The position numbers and the translations under genes are program-made. The notes beneath the pieces are model-generated. The model saw nothing but the letters and a program-made list of their open reading frames with translations, was not told the origin of the DNA and did no database searches. From NCBI RefSeq assembly GCF_051903065.1, contig NZ_CP178441.1: 42,047 bases of DNA. One strand, given 5' to 3'. This document shows positions 1-8,688 of the stretch, piece by piece (position 1 is the first letter of the stretch; each line of letters begins with the position of its first letter). This stretch comes from Escherichia coli. Lineage in GTDB: Bacteria; Pseudomonadota; Gammaproteobacteria; Enterobacterales; Enterobacteriaceae.

Positions 1-963
1 GATGCTGTGTACCGGTTTGAAGCCTGTATCTGGAAAATGAACGGTAAAACCTTCTTTGGGTGTAATGCCGGTGAACATGAAGCTGCTCATGTTATCAGTG
101 AATATTGCCGTGCTGATGACGGTAGCATTCCTATGTGGGGCCAGCACGGTGATTTTATCATCGAAAGTTTCAGTGGTATGCGAGCAAGGGTTAAGGTCGA
201 AGCCGGATGTATGATGGGTTATCTTTCCACCTCGTTTCATGCCGTTGATTTAAACGCCCCCTTTGTATCCGAAACAGGGTATCGTTCGCATTTTGTACAG
301 CTTTCAGATGTCAAACCTGGAGAAACCGTTGATGCACACGTATCCCGCGTATTTCAAAGCCTGATTGACGCCAGAAAGAAACCTGCTTTTATCTCTGCTG
401 ATTTCCGTGACAGGCTGGCATCTGAGCCTTTGCCTGATTGGTTAAAATCCCTTTCGCCCCCCCCTGATAGAACGCCTCTAACGCTCCCTGACGGCTTTGT
501 TAGGGTTGAGGCGTTATTACCCGCCTCTAAAGCATTTATCGCCCGTAAATGGGCTGTAGCAGCTCAGGAACGCATTACAGCTATTATGCAGAGAGAGCAG
601 GAGGCTGAAAGAGAAACTATGCGGGCCGAAAGCGAACGGCGCAAGCAACTGGCAAAGGAGCGTTCCAAAGAATACAAAGAGCGGATGATTACTGTTCAGC
701 ATTATAAAGAATTTTACGTTGGTGCTCGATGTGAAATCGTGAGTGTGCATCATCCGGTGTTTGCTAAAAATATTGGCACTATTGTAAAAATCGTTACGAT
801 ATACGATTCAGGATGTGTGGAGGCGCATGAAGATAAGCCTATACGTTATCGAATCAACCGTCGCGGAACTCAGGTAGTGGATTTTGACCCTACTTGCGTT
901 CGTACTTTTTACAATATTGATCAACTGAAATTACTGGAAGACAACAAAACAGGTGAATCGTGA
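1..963 (+). CDS. klcB: KlcB-like protein, 3' part (ORF open to window start; ORF track 7..963); carries a KorA-like C-terminal-domain motif
   Basis: Frame is open from nt 1. Internal motif LPDGFVRVEALLPASKAFIARKW matches the KorA/TrbA C-domain motif seen in 2764..3108 and 38389..38793. Position between klcA and korC matches the RK2 kilC operon. Confidence 0.55.
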   Translation, partial: DAVYRFEACIWKMNGKTFFGCNAGEHEAAHVISEYCRADDGSIPMWGQHGDFIIESFSGMRARVKVEAGCMMGYLSTSFHAVDLNAPFVSETGYRSHFVQLSDVKPGETVDAHVSRVFQSLIDARKKPAFISADFRDRLASEPLPDWLKSLSPPPDRTPLTLPDGFVRVEALLPASKAFIARKWAVAAQERITAIMQREQEAERETMRAESERRKQLAKERSKEYKERMITVQHYKEFYVGARCEIVSVHHPVFAKNIGTIVKIVTIYDSGCVEAHEDKPIRYRINRRGTQVVDFDPTCVRTFYNIDQLKLLEDNKTGES

Positions 964-1224
964 ATGCAAACTAAACCCTACCCTGTCTCAATCAGGTCAG
1001 AATGTTTTTTACCCTTTGGTGCGGGATGGGATTGTCCTACGCCAGAAGAAATTCGTACTTTGATGCAGATAGCAGAGCTAACAGGAAGCAAAGCAGCCAC
1101 ACTGACCGGTCTGAAAGACAGCCGAACCGTCAGGCGCTGGGTTGGGGGGGATACACCCATTCCTTTTTCGGCCTGGGCTATTCTGGTTGAATATGCAGGA
1201 TTGGGTAAAATCTGGAAGGTGTGA
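964..1224 (+). CDS. korC: KorC-like small transcriptional repressor (86 aa)
   Basis: ATG overlaps the klcB stop (TGAATG). Size and position match RK2 KorC. Four 17-bp palindromic operators of KorC type occur in the window. Confidence 0.55.
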   Translation: MQTKPYPVSIRSECFLPFGAGWDCPTPEEIRTLMQIAELTGSKAATLTGLKDSRTVRRWVGGDTPIPFSAWAILVEYAGLGKIWKV

Positions 1225-1231
1225 AACAGAT

Positions 1232-1244
1232 TTTAGCTGCTAAA
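1232..1244. promoter_or_regulatory. KorB-type operator (OB) TTTAGCTGCTAAA
   Basis: 13-bp palindrome with the RK2 OB consensus arms TTTAGC/GCTAAA, just upstream of a -35 hexamer. Confidence 0.6.
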
Positions 1245-1245
1245 A

Positions 1246-1275
1246 TTGCAATTATAGGACAATATGTCCTATAAT
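1246..1275 (+). promoter_or_regulatory. Sigma70-like promoter TTGCAA-18-TATAAT overlapped by KorC-type operator TAGGACAATATGTCCTA (1255..1271)
   Basis: Hexamers and spacing read directly. The 17-bp perfect-arm palindrome covers the spacer and -10, as at RK2 kleA/klcA promoters. Confidence 0.6.
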
Positions 1276-1321
1276 ATGCGTAAAGGTTTGGTAAACCACT
1301 TGAATAAAGCAGGAGGCCGGT

Positions 1322-1645
1322 ATGACCAATGTCGTTAAATTTCCTCGTCAAGAGGGAAGTAAACCGCAGCAAATTCGGGCGGTCGAGGATGTCGCTGGTC
1401 CAGCATCAGAAAACACAGTACGTAATATTCTGTATGGTGTCATTGGTGCGGTATACATGGTGCTGGTTATTCTCTGGATTCCTGTTCGCTTCCTGCTGAT
1501 CGCGAACGTTGTCATCCAGTTTTTTAAAATGCTTTTTAAATGGAGTGATGGCCCATTTGCTGCAGCCTGGCCGTTCGTGACCAGTTTCCTTGTACTGGCT
1601 ACTCTCACTTACATTATGGCAACGTGGAAACCCAAAGTGTCATAG
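1322..1645 (+). CDS. small integral membrane protein (kle-position), function unknown
   Basis: AGGAGG RBS 6 nt upstream of ATG. Product has two long hydrophobic helices. Confidence 0.6.
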   Translation: MTNVVKFPRQEGSKPQQIRAVEDVAGPASENTVRNILYGVIGAVYMVLVILWIPVRFLLIANVVIQFFKMLFKWSDGPFAAAWPFVTSFLVLATLTYIMATWKPKVS

Positions 1646-1720
1646 ATAGAATGAATGCGTTGGCATTTCTGATTATATAATGTCAGTTAATTTCTAATTG
1701 TAAATTATAGAGGGTTTAAT

Positions 1721-1972
1721 ATGAGTATGGATCTATCTCATCTGGCCGAAATGACACCTTCTGATGAAGCACGATTTTTTACCGTTTTTGATAGACAACT
1801 TGGATATGATGCAGGTGAAGAAGCCCGTGCCAATCTTCTTAGTGGCGTACCTATTTATTACGCTGAACGAAATACACCAGAAGGGTGTGTTATAAAAGAA
1901 TATCCAGATGGCCGTAAGGAACTGGTGAGTTTCATGACTGGTACAGAAAAAGTAGTTGAGGTTAAGCTCTGA
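1721..1972 (+). CDS. hypothetical 83-aa protein, putative antitoxin partner of the downstream kinase
   Basis: Stop overlaps the start of the next gene (TGATG coupling). AT-rich leader upstream. Confidence 0.5.
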   Translation: MSMDLSHLAEMTPSDEARFFTVFDRQLGYDAGEEARANLLSGVPIYYAERNTPEGCVIKEYPDGRKELVSFMTGTEKVVEVKL

Positions 1973-2562
1973 TGCGTCCTCAACTCTGGGTTATTGCTGG
2001 GCCTAATGGTGCAGGAAAATCTACCCTAGTTAAGCGACATATCCTTGGGAAAATAGAGGTTGTTAACCCTGATGATATTGCGCGGGAACAAGGTATAAGC
2101 AATCGAAAGGCAGGAGAGCAGGCACTTTTTCTGCGCACGGAAAATATCAAAAATAGATGTACTTTCGCTGTAGAAACGACACTCACAGGAATGGGGGAGA
2201 TTAAGTTAATGCAGCTTGCTGCAACTGCAGGTTACAAAATTAATTTAATCTATGTGGGGGTGAAAGATGTAGGAATGTCAGTAGCTCGCGTTAACCAGCG
2301 TGTAAGCCTTGGTGGTCATAATGTGCCTGTTGATGATATTTTCAGACGATACGAGCGTTCTGTAACCAACCTACCTAAAGCTATGGCCGTGGCTGACCGG
2401 GTATGGGTATTTGATAACAGTTATAACAGACGGCGATTACTTTTCCGCACAGAACAAGATAAAACAAAGTTCATTTCTAATGATTTGCCTGATTGGTTTA
2501 AAAAAGTCGCTGGGACAGAGATTGAGCAGGCCAGAATGAAAAAGAAGAAATTAAGTCGTTAG
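1972..2562 (+). CDS. P-loop kinase of zeta-toxin/AAA_33 type (putative toxin)
   Basis: Walker A GPNGAGKST near the N-terminus, followed by a VVNPDD segment and an HNVP...RRYERS segment typical of zeta-like kinases. Translationally coupled to the upstream small ORF. Confidence 0.55.
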   Translation: MRPQLWVIAGPNGAGKSTLVKRHILGKIEVVNPDDIAREQGISNRKAGEQALFLRTENIKNRCTFAVETTLTGMGEIKLMQLAATAGYKINLIYVGVKDVGMSVARVNQRVSLGGHNVPVDDIFRRYERSVTNLPKAMAVADRVWVFDNSYNRRRLLFRTEQDKTKFISNDLPDWFKKVAGTEIEQARMKKKKLSR

Positions 2563-2579
2563 TTAAACGTCCAAGGATA

Positions 2580-2606
2580 AACCGGCTATAAGCCGGTTTT
2601 TTTTTG
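2580..2606 (+). terminator. rho-independent terminator (AACCGGCT-ATA-AGCCGGTT plus T-run)
   Basis: 8-bp perfect stem followed by nine T residues directly after the 1972..2562 stop. Confidence 0.7.
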
Positions 2607-2660
2607 ATAATAGATGAAAAGTGAGTAGTTTTATGTTTCTTTATATCGAAAAAAGTGTAT

Positions 2661-2706
2661 TTTAGCAGCTAAAATTATTGACCTGCATACGTGGTTTAGC
2701 TAAACT
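2661..2706 (+). promoter_or_regulatory. korA-type promoter: OB (2661..2673), -35 TTGACC (2678..2683), KorA operator GTTTAGCTAAAC (2694..2705) overlapping -10 TAAACT
   Basis: Operator sequences and arrangement match the RK2 korA promoter (OA over the -10, OB just upstream of the -35). Confidence 0.7.
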
Positions 2707-2763
2707 TTGTTTGCGGTGTCATTAAGGCGTCTAGTTAAAGGTGTTGAACCGGGAAGTAAATTT

Positions 2764-3108
2764 ATGACGACTGTTAATAATAATGATCCGCATGTTGCCA
2801 AAACGGGCAATGAAAAAAAACGCCTGACTAATGAGGTATTTGCAAGAGTTACCCGAAGCCTGAATGTTGGTAAGCAAACGCTTGATATCGCTTACGGCGT
2901 ACTGGTTGAAGGAAGACCGCAGAAATATTTTGTTGAAACGCTGGATATTTCTCGCGGGGCTGTTTCTCAGGCAGTTAACAGAGTGTGGGATGCCTATAAA
3001 CAAGAAGTACCTGACGGTTTTGTGCGTATTGAAGTAGTGTTACCGGAGCGGCAGGCTTTCATTGTTAAAAAGTGGGCTGACGAGGCAAAACGTAAACAGG
3101 AAGAATAG
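2764..3108 (+). CDS. korA: KorA global repressor (ORF track start 2707 is probably an upstream extension)
   Basis: Strong similarity to recalled RP4 KorA: HTH segment GAVSQAVNRVW and C-terminal VLPERQAFIVKKWADEAKRKQEE. Confidence 0.8.
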   Translation: MTTVNNNDPHVAKTGNEKKRLTNEVFARVTRSLNVGKQTLDIAYGVLVEGRPQKYFVETLDISRGAVSQAVNRVWDAYKQEVPDGFVRIEVVLPERQAFIVKKWADEAKRKQEE

Positions 3109-3110
3109 CG

Positions 3111-3875
3111 ATGGCTATGAAAGTATTGGTTACAGCAAATCAAAAAGGTGGTGTTGGCAAGACTTCCACCCTGGTTCATCTGGCATTTGATTTTTCAGAA
3201 CGAGGCAAGCGGGTTGCTGTAATCGATATGGATACCCAGGGCAACGCCTCTTTTACCCTGAAACAGTTCTCGTCCGGCATTAAAGCGAATGAAATGTGGG
3301 GCGAGATCGAGCCAACTCGCTTTACCCAAATGCCTGAGAGCGGAATTTCTCTCATTGAGTCAGATATTCAACTAGCAAACGTAGAAAAATTAAATCTGCC
3401 GGAAATGGTGAAGCAGTTCCGCCATAACCTGCAGCAGCTGGCGGACAGTGGCTTTGACGTCTGCCTGATTGATACTGCGCCTACGGTTAACAATGCGCTT
3501 ATAGTTGCGCTGGCGAGCGCTGATTTTGTGGTATGCCCTATTGAGCTTGAGGTGTACTCAATTCAGGGTATTAAAAAAATGCTGACCACTTTCACCCAGG
3601 TGAAACGCAAAATGAACAGCAAGCTGGAATTTATTGGTATGGTTCCAAGTAAGGTAGATGGCCGCAATCCTCGCCATGTAAACCACCTGCAGGAGCTGCA
3701 GACGGCCTACCCTACGTTAATGGTTCCTGTGTCTGTCGGGTTGCGAAGCAGCATTGCTGATGCACTGGCTTCACATGTCCCTGTCTGGAAAATCAAGAAG
3801 ACAGCAGCACGTAAAGCCAGCCAGGAAATGAGAGCACTGGCCTGTCATGTTTTTACTAAGATGGAGATTGCATAA
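3111..3875 (+). CDS. incC: IncC / ParA-family partition ATPase
   Basis: Deviant Walker A KGGVGKTS and a ParA-like fold signature. Immediately precedes the ParB homolog, with stop/start overlap. Confidence 0.85.
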   Translation: MAMKVLVTANQKGGVGKTSTLVHLAFDFSERGKRVAVIDMDTQGNASFTLKQFSSGIKANEMWGEIEPTRFTQMPESGISLIESDIQLANVEKLNLPEMVKQFRHNLQQLADSGFDVCLIDTAPTVNNALIVALASADFVVCPIELEVYSIQGIKKMLTTFTQVKRKMNSKLEFIGMVPSKVDGRNPRHVNHLQELQTAYPTLMVPVSVGLRSSIADALASHVPVWKIKKTAARKASQEMRALACHVFTKMEIA

Positions 3876-4888
3876 TGACTAAAAAAAATTCTTCCGGCCT
3901 TGGCCTTGATACCGTTGGTGATCTCTCCGACTTTCTTGATGCGTCTGCAGGTGCTGAGGGTAAACCACTGATGCTGGACGTTGATGCGATTGATCCCGAT
4001 CCTGAACAACCGCGTAAGCAGGACAACCCAGGGTTCTCAGAGGAATCCATTAAGGAGCTGGCTGATACCATTAAAGCGCGTGGTGTGAAAATGCCTGTCT
4101 CCGTTCGCGAGAATCCGGAGCAAGCGGGGCGCTATATTATTAACCATGGAGAACGTCGCTGGCGAGCCAGTAAAGTGGCCGGGAAGAAACAAATTCCCGC
4201 TTTTATCGATAATGACTATAGCGACGATGATCAGGTCATTGAGAACATCCAGCGTAATGACCTGACGGCGCGTGAAATTGCCGTACACATTGGCCGCAAA
4301 CTGGCTGAGGGGGTATCAAAATCTCAGATTGCTAAACGGCTTGGCAAGTCGCCAGCGTTCGTAACCCAACACGCAGCGTTGCTGGACCTGCCGGATTGTA
4401 TAGCAGATGCTTTTAATAAAGGTTCAATCCGTGATGTTACCGTAGTTAATGAGCTGGTAACGGCTTACAAGCAAGACCCGGAAGAAGTTCAAAAACTGCT
4501 TGAAGAGAACGAGGGTGAAGACATTACCCGTAGTGCGGTGAAAGTTTTCCGTGAGTTCCTGGACGAAAAAGAATCCAGCAAGCGTGATCCAGACACCATT
4601 GACGCCTTCAATGGCCGTACCGATTCGGAAGCTGCCGAAGATGATACGGACGGCCACGATGATAACGATGTGACCGATAAGGTCCGTAAGACGCCAGAAA
4701 AGGAAACCGATCCTGATAAATTCAAAAAGGCTATTGTTATCGTTGAGTACCTGGGGGAGCAGGGCCGCCTTATCCTGACCAAGCGCCCAAGTGAAGAAGG
4801 GCTTGCCTGGATTAAGTTTGATTCAACTGGTGTAGAAGAAGAGCTAAATCTCGAAAACGTGAAAATAATTTGCCTTATTGAAGGATAA
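3875..4888 (+). CDS. korB: KorB / ParB-family DNA-binding partition and global regulator protein
   Basis: ParB box HGERRWRAS and HTH segment SKSQIAKRLGKSPAFVTQH. Eleven cognate 13-bp OB palindromes are present on the replicon. Confidence 0.85.
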   Translation: MTKKNSSGLGLDTVGDLSDFLDASAGAEGKPLMLDVDAIDPDPEQPRKQDNPGFSEESIKELADTIKARGVKMPVSVRENPEQAGRYIINHGERRWRASKVAGKKQIPAFIDNDYSDDDQVIENIQRNDLTAREIAVHIGRKLAEGVSKSQIAKRLGKSPAFVTQHAALLDLPDCIADAFNKGSIRDVTVVNELVTAYKQDPEEVQKLLEENEGEDITRSAVKVFREFLDEKESSKRDPDTIDAFNGRTDSEAAEDDTDGHDDNDVTDKVRKTPEKETDPDKFKKAIVIVEYLGEQGRLILTKRPSEEGLAWIKFDSTGVEEELNLENVKIICLIEG

Positions 4889-4909
4889 AAGGTATCAATT
4901 TCCGCTCAG

Positions 4910-4937
4910 AATCCCGCAGTCGCGGGATTTTTTTTAT
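4910..4937 (+). terminator. rho-independent terminator after korB
   Basis: Stem ATCCCGC/GCGGGAT with a 4-nt loop, followed by a run of eight T. Confidence 0.7.
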
Positions 4938-4958
4938 TAATATTATTTATTGCATAAT

Positions 4959-4971
4959 TTTAGCCGCTAAA
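4959..4971. promoter_or_regulatory. KorB-type operator TTTAGCCGCTAAA
   Basis: Perfect OB consensus. A degenerate KorA-like half site TGTAGCTAAACA lies at 4981..4992. Confidence 0.6.
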
Positions 4972-5086
4972 ATGTATAGATGTAGCTAAACAAAATTTAA
5001 CCTGAGGGCTATGTAGTTCCGTCAGGGCAGAGAATTCATGGTTCCTGGCGGCTATTTCCTAAAAACGCATCATTACCGGTGATGTT

Positions 5087-5370
5087 ACTTATGAGTAAGG
5101 TGACGCAGGGAGAGTTAAGAACCATACTCAACATGCAAAACAACATTAGGAATGAGCGGCAAAAACACCAATATCTGTATCAGAGTACTGACATCCTTAT
5201 CAACCTGGCTGGGATGAGGGATTGAGCGTGACACAATAGCTCTTAACTTATCGTAGCTGGAAGAAAGCCCTATCTTGGTCCTTTCGACAAACAGCGCCTG
5301 AAAGAAGCCCACAAACGCATTTTTAACGGCATTTATCCATAGGGCCGGAGAATACCTGGATGATGGTTAA
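5087..5370 (+). pseudogene. possible frame-disrupted gene remnant (Fic-like N-terminal helix motif) in a 0.5-kb ORF-free region
   Basis: Short frames encode ...FDKQRLKEAHKRIFNGIYP(stop) and, one frame over, AGEY.... Deleting one base near 5340 would give IYPWAGEY, which resembles the Fic N-terminal helix. No intact ORF spans 4972..5468. Confidence 0.25.
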
Positions 5371-5468
5371 AGAGTAGTTGGGTAATCAGTTGCCGATTCA
5401 ACTTAAAAATAGCAGTTAGCCCTATCTCAATACAGACGGTTGATGATAACACAAGGAGTAACACCGAC

Positions 5469-5822
5469 ATGAGCAAACAGCGTGTTCTTGTCATGAACGG
5501 CCAGCGAGTGCTGCAAAGCGAAGAAGCTGGAAAATGGAAAAATGACAATGTTGATAGAGCTGGCAGCATAAAGCCAGGCATTTACCCGCTTTATCTGTCC
5601 AAGGGGCCGGATAAAGCCAGCTCTTATAATGGGCCGATTTTACACGCAGATAAGCAATCAGTATATCAGCAGGTAGGTAAGCAGATTTTCAAGCATGATC
5701 GCCAAAATTTCGATAAACTGCCAGAAGTAGGTACGGAAAAAAGTATTTCGTATGACCAGACTTCCGGTAAAGCTCAGGTAGCAGCAGCCACAGAGAAGCA
5801 GGGCCGGAAGTTCTCCAGATAG
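5469..5822 (+). CDS. hypothetical protein (kfr/upf-position)
   Basis: GGAG RBS before the ATG. Position corresponds to the kfr/upf54 block of IncP-1. Confidence 0.5.
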   Translation: MSKQRVLVMNGQRVLQSEEAGKWKNDNVDRAGSIKPGIYPLYLSKGPDKASSYNGPILHADKQSVYQQVGKQIFKHDRQNFDKLPEVGTEKSISYDQTSGKAQVAAATEKQGRKFSR

Positions 5823-5843
5823 CGAATAGCGTAGGAGTCCCGG

Positions 5844-6524
5844 ATGAAGCCAACTACCCCATTTAAAAATCCCGGCGCGGTCCGGGATACCTCCTCCCCT
5901 CATCAGCAGCTTGATATTACACCTGATCTTCTCGCAGAGTCGGAAGCCGTAAATATCCAGGAACAGGTACAGCAACTGCATGACGAACAGCAGCAGTTGA
6001 TCAATGACCCTTCCCATTTGCAGGATTCGCAAACTGACGCCGGTAACATTGAGCAGGAATATAAGGATGCGGTAGAGGCGGCAGTAGCGGATAAAGAAAC
6101 GCAGGCAGAAAACCTTGAAAACCGGCTGGAATCGCTGATAGACAAGCAGGAGGCGGTTCTGCAGCAGATGATGAGTCGTCAGCCTGGGTTTTTGGCTCTG
6201 CCCGGCCAGAAGGCAAAATGGAAGTCACAGGTGCAACAACAACAGTCATTGCTGAGTCGCCTGCAGAACCGGCTGGAAACTGTCAAAGAGATTCATGACG
6301 GGATGGGGTTACATGGCCCGCGTATACACGAACTTGCGACGGCCAAAGTGCGGCATGATAAACCAGAGCTTGCCGAAGGATGGGATGAAATGCGGGCTGC
6401 ACAGCGAGCGCATGAGAATCTCATGCGGAAGCAGGCGAAAGAACAGAAAGAAAAGCTACAAAGAGAGCAGGCTCCATCACTAAGTAAAGGGAATGGTCTG
6501 AGCCTTACACGAACAATAACTTGA
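5844..6524 (+). CDS. Q/E-rich coiled-coil protein (Kfr-like position)
   Basis: AGGAG RBS. Highly charged, Gln/Glu-rich sequence consistent with long alpha-helical coiled coil, in the position where IncP-1 plasmids carry kfr genes. Confidence 0.5.
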   Translation: MKPTTPFKNPGAVRDTSSPHQQLDITPDLLAESEAVNIQEQVQQLHDEQQQLINDPSHLQDSQTDAGNIEQEYKDAVEAAVADKETQAENLENRLESLIDKQEAVLQQMMSRQPGFLALPGQKAKWKSQVQQQQSLLSRLQNRLETVKEIHDGMGLHGPRIHELATAKVRHDKPELAEGWDEMRAAQRAHENLMRKQAKEQKEKLQREQAPSLSKGNGLSLTRTIT

Positions 6525-6534
6525 TCCGCTACAG

Positions 6535-6560
6535 AATCCCCGTCATGCGGGGATTTTTTT
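6535..6560 (+). terminator. rho-independent terminator (AATCCCCG-TCATG-CGGGGATT plus T-run)
   Basis: 8-bp stem followed by seven T residues. Confidence 0.7.
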
Positions 6561-6652
6561 CCGCAACAATTCCTACCCCCTAAAAACAGCGAAACCCCGA
6601 TAAACGGGGTTCAGGCCGGTTGGCGATAAGGCACGCTACAACATAACAAAAT

Positions 6653-6679
6653 TTTAGCCGCTAAAACTTAGCGGCTAAT
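6653..6679. promoter_or_regulatory. tandem KorB-type operators: TTTAGCCGCTAAA (6653..6665) and degenerate CTTAGCGGCTAAT (6667..6679)
   Basis: Two adjacent copies of the OB palindrome immediately past the traM stop. Confidence 0.55.
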
Positions 6680-6681
6680 AG

Positions 6682-7122
6682 TCACTTGTAAAACGTTGCA
6701 ATGAATGCGACGGCAGCAGCCATTAAGGTGATCACCGCCGCCGCCATATTCATCATGGCAAGTTTTCTTGCCCCTTCTATGTGCGCCCGCGATTTTCTGA
6801 TCTCGTCCTGAACTTCCTTTCTGATTATGACAGCGGTTTCTGTGGCGGCAGATGTCAAAACCCGCTCCATTACTTCCGTATTCGCCTTTAGCGCGGCGTT
6901 AAGGATACGGTCAGCCTTATCCTTCGCGCTGTAATCCCATTGCATCAGGGCGCTTTGTAGCTCGGATTTAAACTCATCCAGAATTTCACCCTGTTTCTCC
7001 TGGCTTTCATCCAGCAAATAACGAAGCAGGGTAGGAACGACCATAATCGGATCGGTTTCATCCAGGGCTATACCATGCTTTTTAGCAATGAGCGCAATGA
7101 GTTCTTCCGTCTTATCATCCAT
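6682..7122 (-). CDS. traM: TraM-like transfer protein
   Basis: Last gene of the traK-traL-traM leading-region operon by synteny with RP4. Start overlaps the traL stop. Confidence 0.5.
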   Translation of the reverse strand: MDDKTEELIALIAKKHGIALDETDPIMVVPTLLRYLLDESQEKQGEILDEFKSELQSALMQWDYSAKDKADRILNAALKANTEVMERVLTSAATETAVIIRKEVQDEIRKSRAHIEGARKLAMMNMAAAVITLMAAAVAFIATFYK

Positions 7123-7907
7123 CAGATCACCGTTGCTAAATCAAGCTGTTCGAAAATAAGGGCGCGAACCTGTTTCAGACGCTGGCGAACCATAATAGAT
7201 AATGATTTATCTTCAATGGCCTCATCGAAGGTCTTGTAGTTTTCCAGCATGTCGGCAAAGTCCTGGCCGTGTAACTCCTTTTTGAGTGTAGGCAAACGGA
7301 TAAGCGCATCAACCTTGTCTTTATTCATCAGGTACGCTTCTGATTCTTCGAATGGCACTCCCTGATCGGATTCCACCGCGCCCCAATACGGGTTAAGCCA
7401 GACAACAAAACGGGTTTCTGACGGATACTGCTCCACCATGGCCTTGAACCCCTCGACGGTGTAATCATGTGCCTGCCCCCCCACAATCGAGATATGAATG
7501 ACAAGCTGTTTACCCATTTCATAAAGCAGGGCGGGGATTTGCTGGCTAATCATATAACTTGATAACGGAATAAATGACGGAGCGCCGTTATCGATAATAA
7601 CGTCCCTATCACCGGCTTCATCAATCCACTGGATGAGGGTATCCAGTTTGCGCTGATTAATTTCATCACCTTCCATGATGTTCAGCTGTCGGACGTTCAG
7701 TTTTTCATAATTAGAGAATGTAGGATTGAGCGGATCGGTATCGATGCACAGCGGTAGCTCACCTTTGCTAATCTTGTACATTGCCACCAAAGCGGTGCTA
7801 ACGGATTTACCACAACCACCTTTTCCTTGCTGGGCGCTGTGAACAGCATGGCGTACCGGCACTGATTCAGCTTCACTCTGTTTTTTATTTTTGTCTGCAG
7901 TAGGCAT
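7122..7907 (-). CDS. traL: TraL-like P-loop protein
   Basis: Nucleotide-binding motif GKGGCGKSVSTALVA. Position between traK and traM as in RP4. Confidence 0.55.
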   Translation of the reverse strand: MPTADKNKKQSEAESVPVRHAVHSAQQGKGGCGKSVSTALVAMYKISKGELPLCIDTDPLNPTFSNYEKLNVRQLNIMEGDEINQRKLDTLIQWIDEAGDRDVIIDNGAPSFIPLSSYMISQQIPALLYEMGKQLVIHISIVGGQAHDYTVEGFKAMVEQYPSETRFVVWLNPYWGAVESDQGVPFEESEAYLMNKDKVDALIRLPTLKKELHGQDFADMLENYKTFDEAIEDKSLSIMVRQRLKQVRALIFEQLDLATVI

Positions 7908-8341
7908 TAGTTAGTCCCCTTCTTTTTTCCAGGATTAAAATTGAAAGATGGCAGCTGACTGCCGGTATTCGTAGGCGGCTCTCTTTTGACCGGCGTTCTC
8001 TCCGGGATCACTGTTTCTTTCTTCGGTGACGGACCGGTTTGTTGGCTTTCTTTCTTTACCGTAGCTCCAGCAGGTGTACTTTCGCTAACAGCAGCTGCAC
8101 GTTTTCGTTCATCTATGTATCGCCGGACATGCCGACGAAAAGTTTCGTATGTGGTATTAACACGACCAGTTTCGTGCATGTGTTCCCATATCGTAGTAAG
8201 AGAGTAACCGGCTTCAATCGCATTTCTGACGTCTTCCCGGATTGCCAGGAAGACTACCCTCCCGCTGTTTGCACTCTTGCCGTTCAGCCCCTTTTTCTGC
8301 TTAACCCACTCCTGTAGGTCAGTTAAATAGTCTTTTCCCAT
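7907..8341 (-). CDS. traK: TraK-like oriT-binding relaxosome accessory protein (ORF track start 8455 is probably an extension through the promoter repeats)
   Basis: Transcribed divergently from traJ across oriT. Internal ATG at 8341 (MGKDYLTDL...) is preceded by repeat-rich non-coding-like sequence. Confidence 0.5.
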   Translation of the reverse strand: MGKDYLTDLQEWVKQKKGLNGKSANSGRVVFLAIREDVRNAIEAGYSLTTIWEHMHETGRVNTTYETFRRHVRRYIDERKRAAAVSESTPAGATVKKESQQTGPSPKKETVIPERTPVKREPPTNTGSQLPSFNFNPGKKKGTN

Positions 8342-8354
8342 CCGATAACCTGCG

Positions 8355-8396
8355 TGTGTATTTATGAGGTATTTCTGTGTATTTACGTGTGTATTT
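8355..8396. repeat. three direct repeats of TGTGTATTT (8355..8363, 8376..8384, 8388..8396) between traK and oriT
   Basis: Read directly from the sequence. Location matches the TraK-binding/promoter region of RP4 oriT. Confidence 0.5.
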
Positions 8397-8519
8397 GAGC
8401 AGGATAACAGTTGTAAACCGCCCGGAAAACCTTGGTTTTCCGGTGTATGTGGCATAGTAACGCCGTTTTTTCGTTATATCCACAGTTTTACATCAAAAAA
8501 CACGACATTCCACTTTTCT

Positions 8520-8600
8520 TTGTGTAGACTTTCCTTGGCGTAAACACCGGCGAAAGCCGGGCAGGACATGTAAAGTAGGCCCACCGTAAACGGTGCTTCT
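8520..8600 (-). other. oriT, with nic region on the minus strand (CTTTACATGTCCTG|CCCGGCT; nick predicted between 8562 and 8561) and adjacent hairpin
   Basis: Minus-strand sequence closely matches the recalled RP4 nic region CTTCACCTATCCTG|CCCGGCT, and CCAAGGAAAGTCTACA is identical. A 5-bp stem hairpin lies at 8582..8595. Confidence 0.75.
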
Positions 8601-8688
8601 ACTTTACCTTCCCTTATTCGCAGCGGGGCTGCTCAACGGGAGTCCTGCTCTGCGAGGCTAATCGGCTACCGCCTATATGGAGATCGAG

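Noticed and set aside
2707-2763. ORF-track N-terminal extensions of korA (2707), traJ (8677), traK (8455), trbL (29507), the trbM-slot gene (27955), klcA (41299) and the RHH gene (25008)
   Set aside because: The extensions run through operators, promoter hexamers or repeats and lack an RBS. Internal ATGs with RBS and homolog-like N-termini are preferred.
8039-8317. Plus-strand ORFs (73 aa and 92 aa) overlapping traK
   Set aside because: Antisense to the traK coding region, with no start context.
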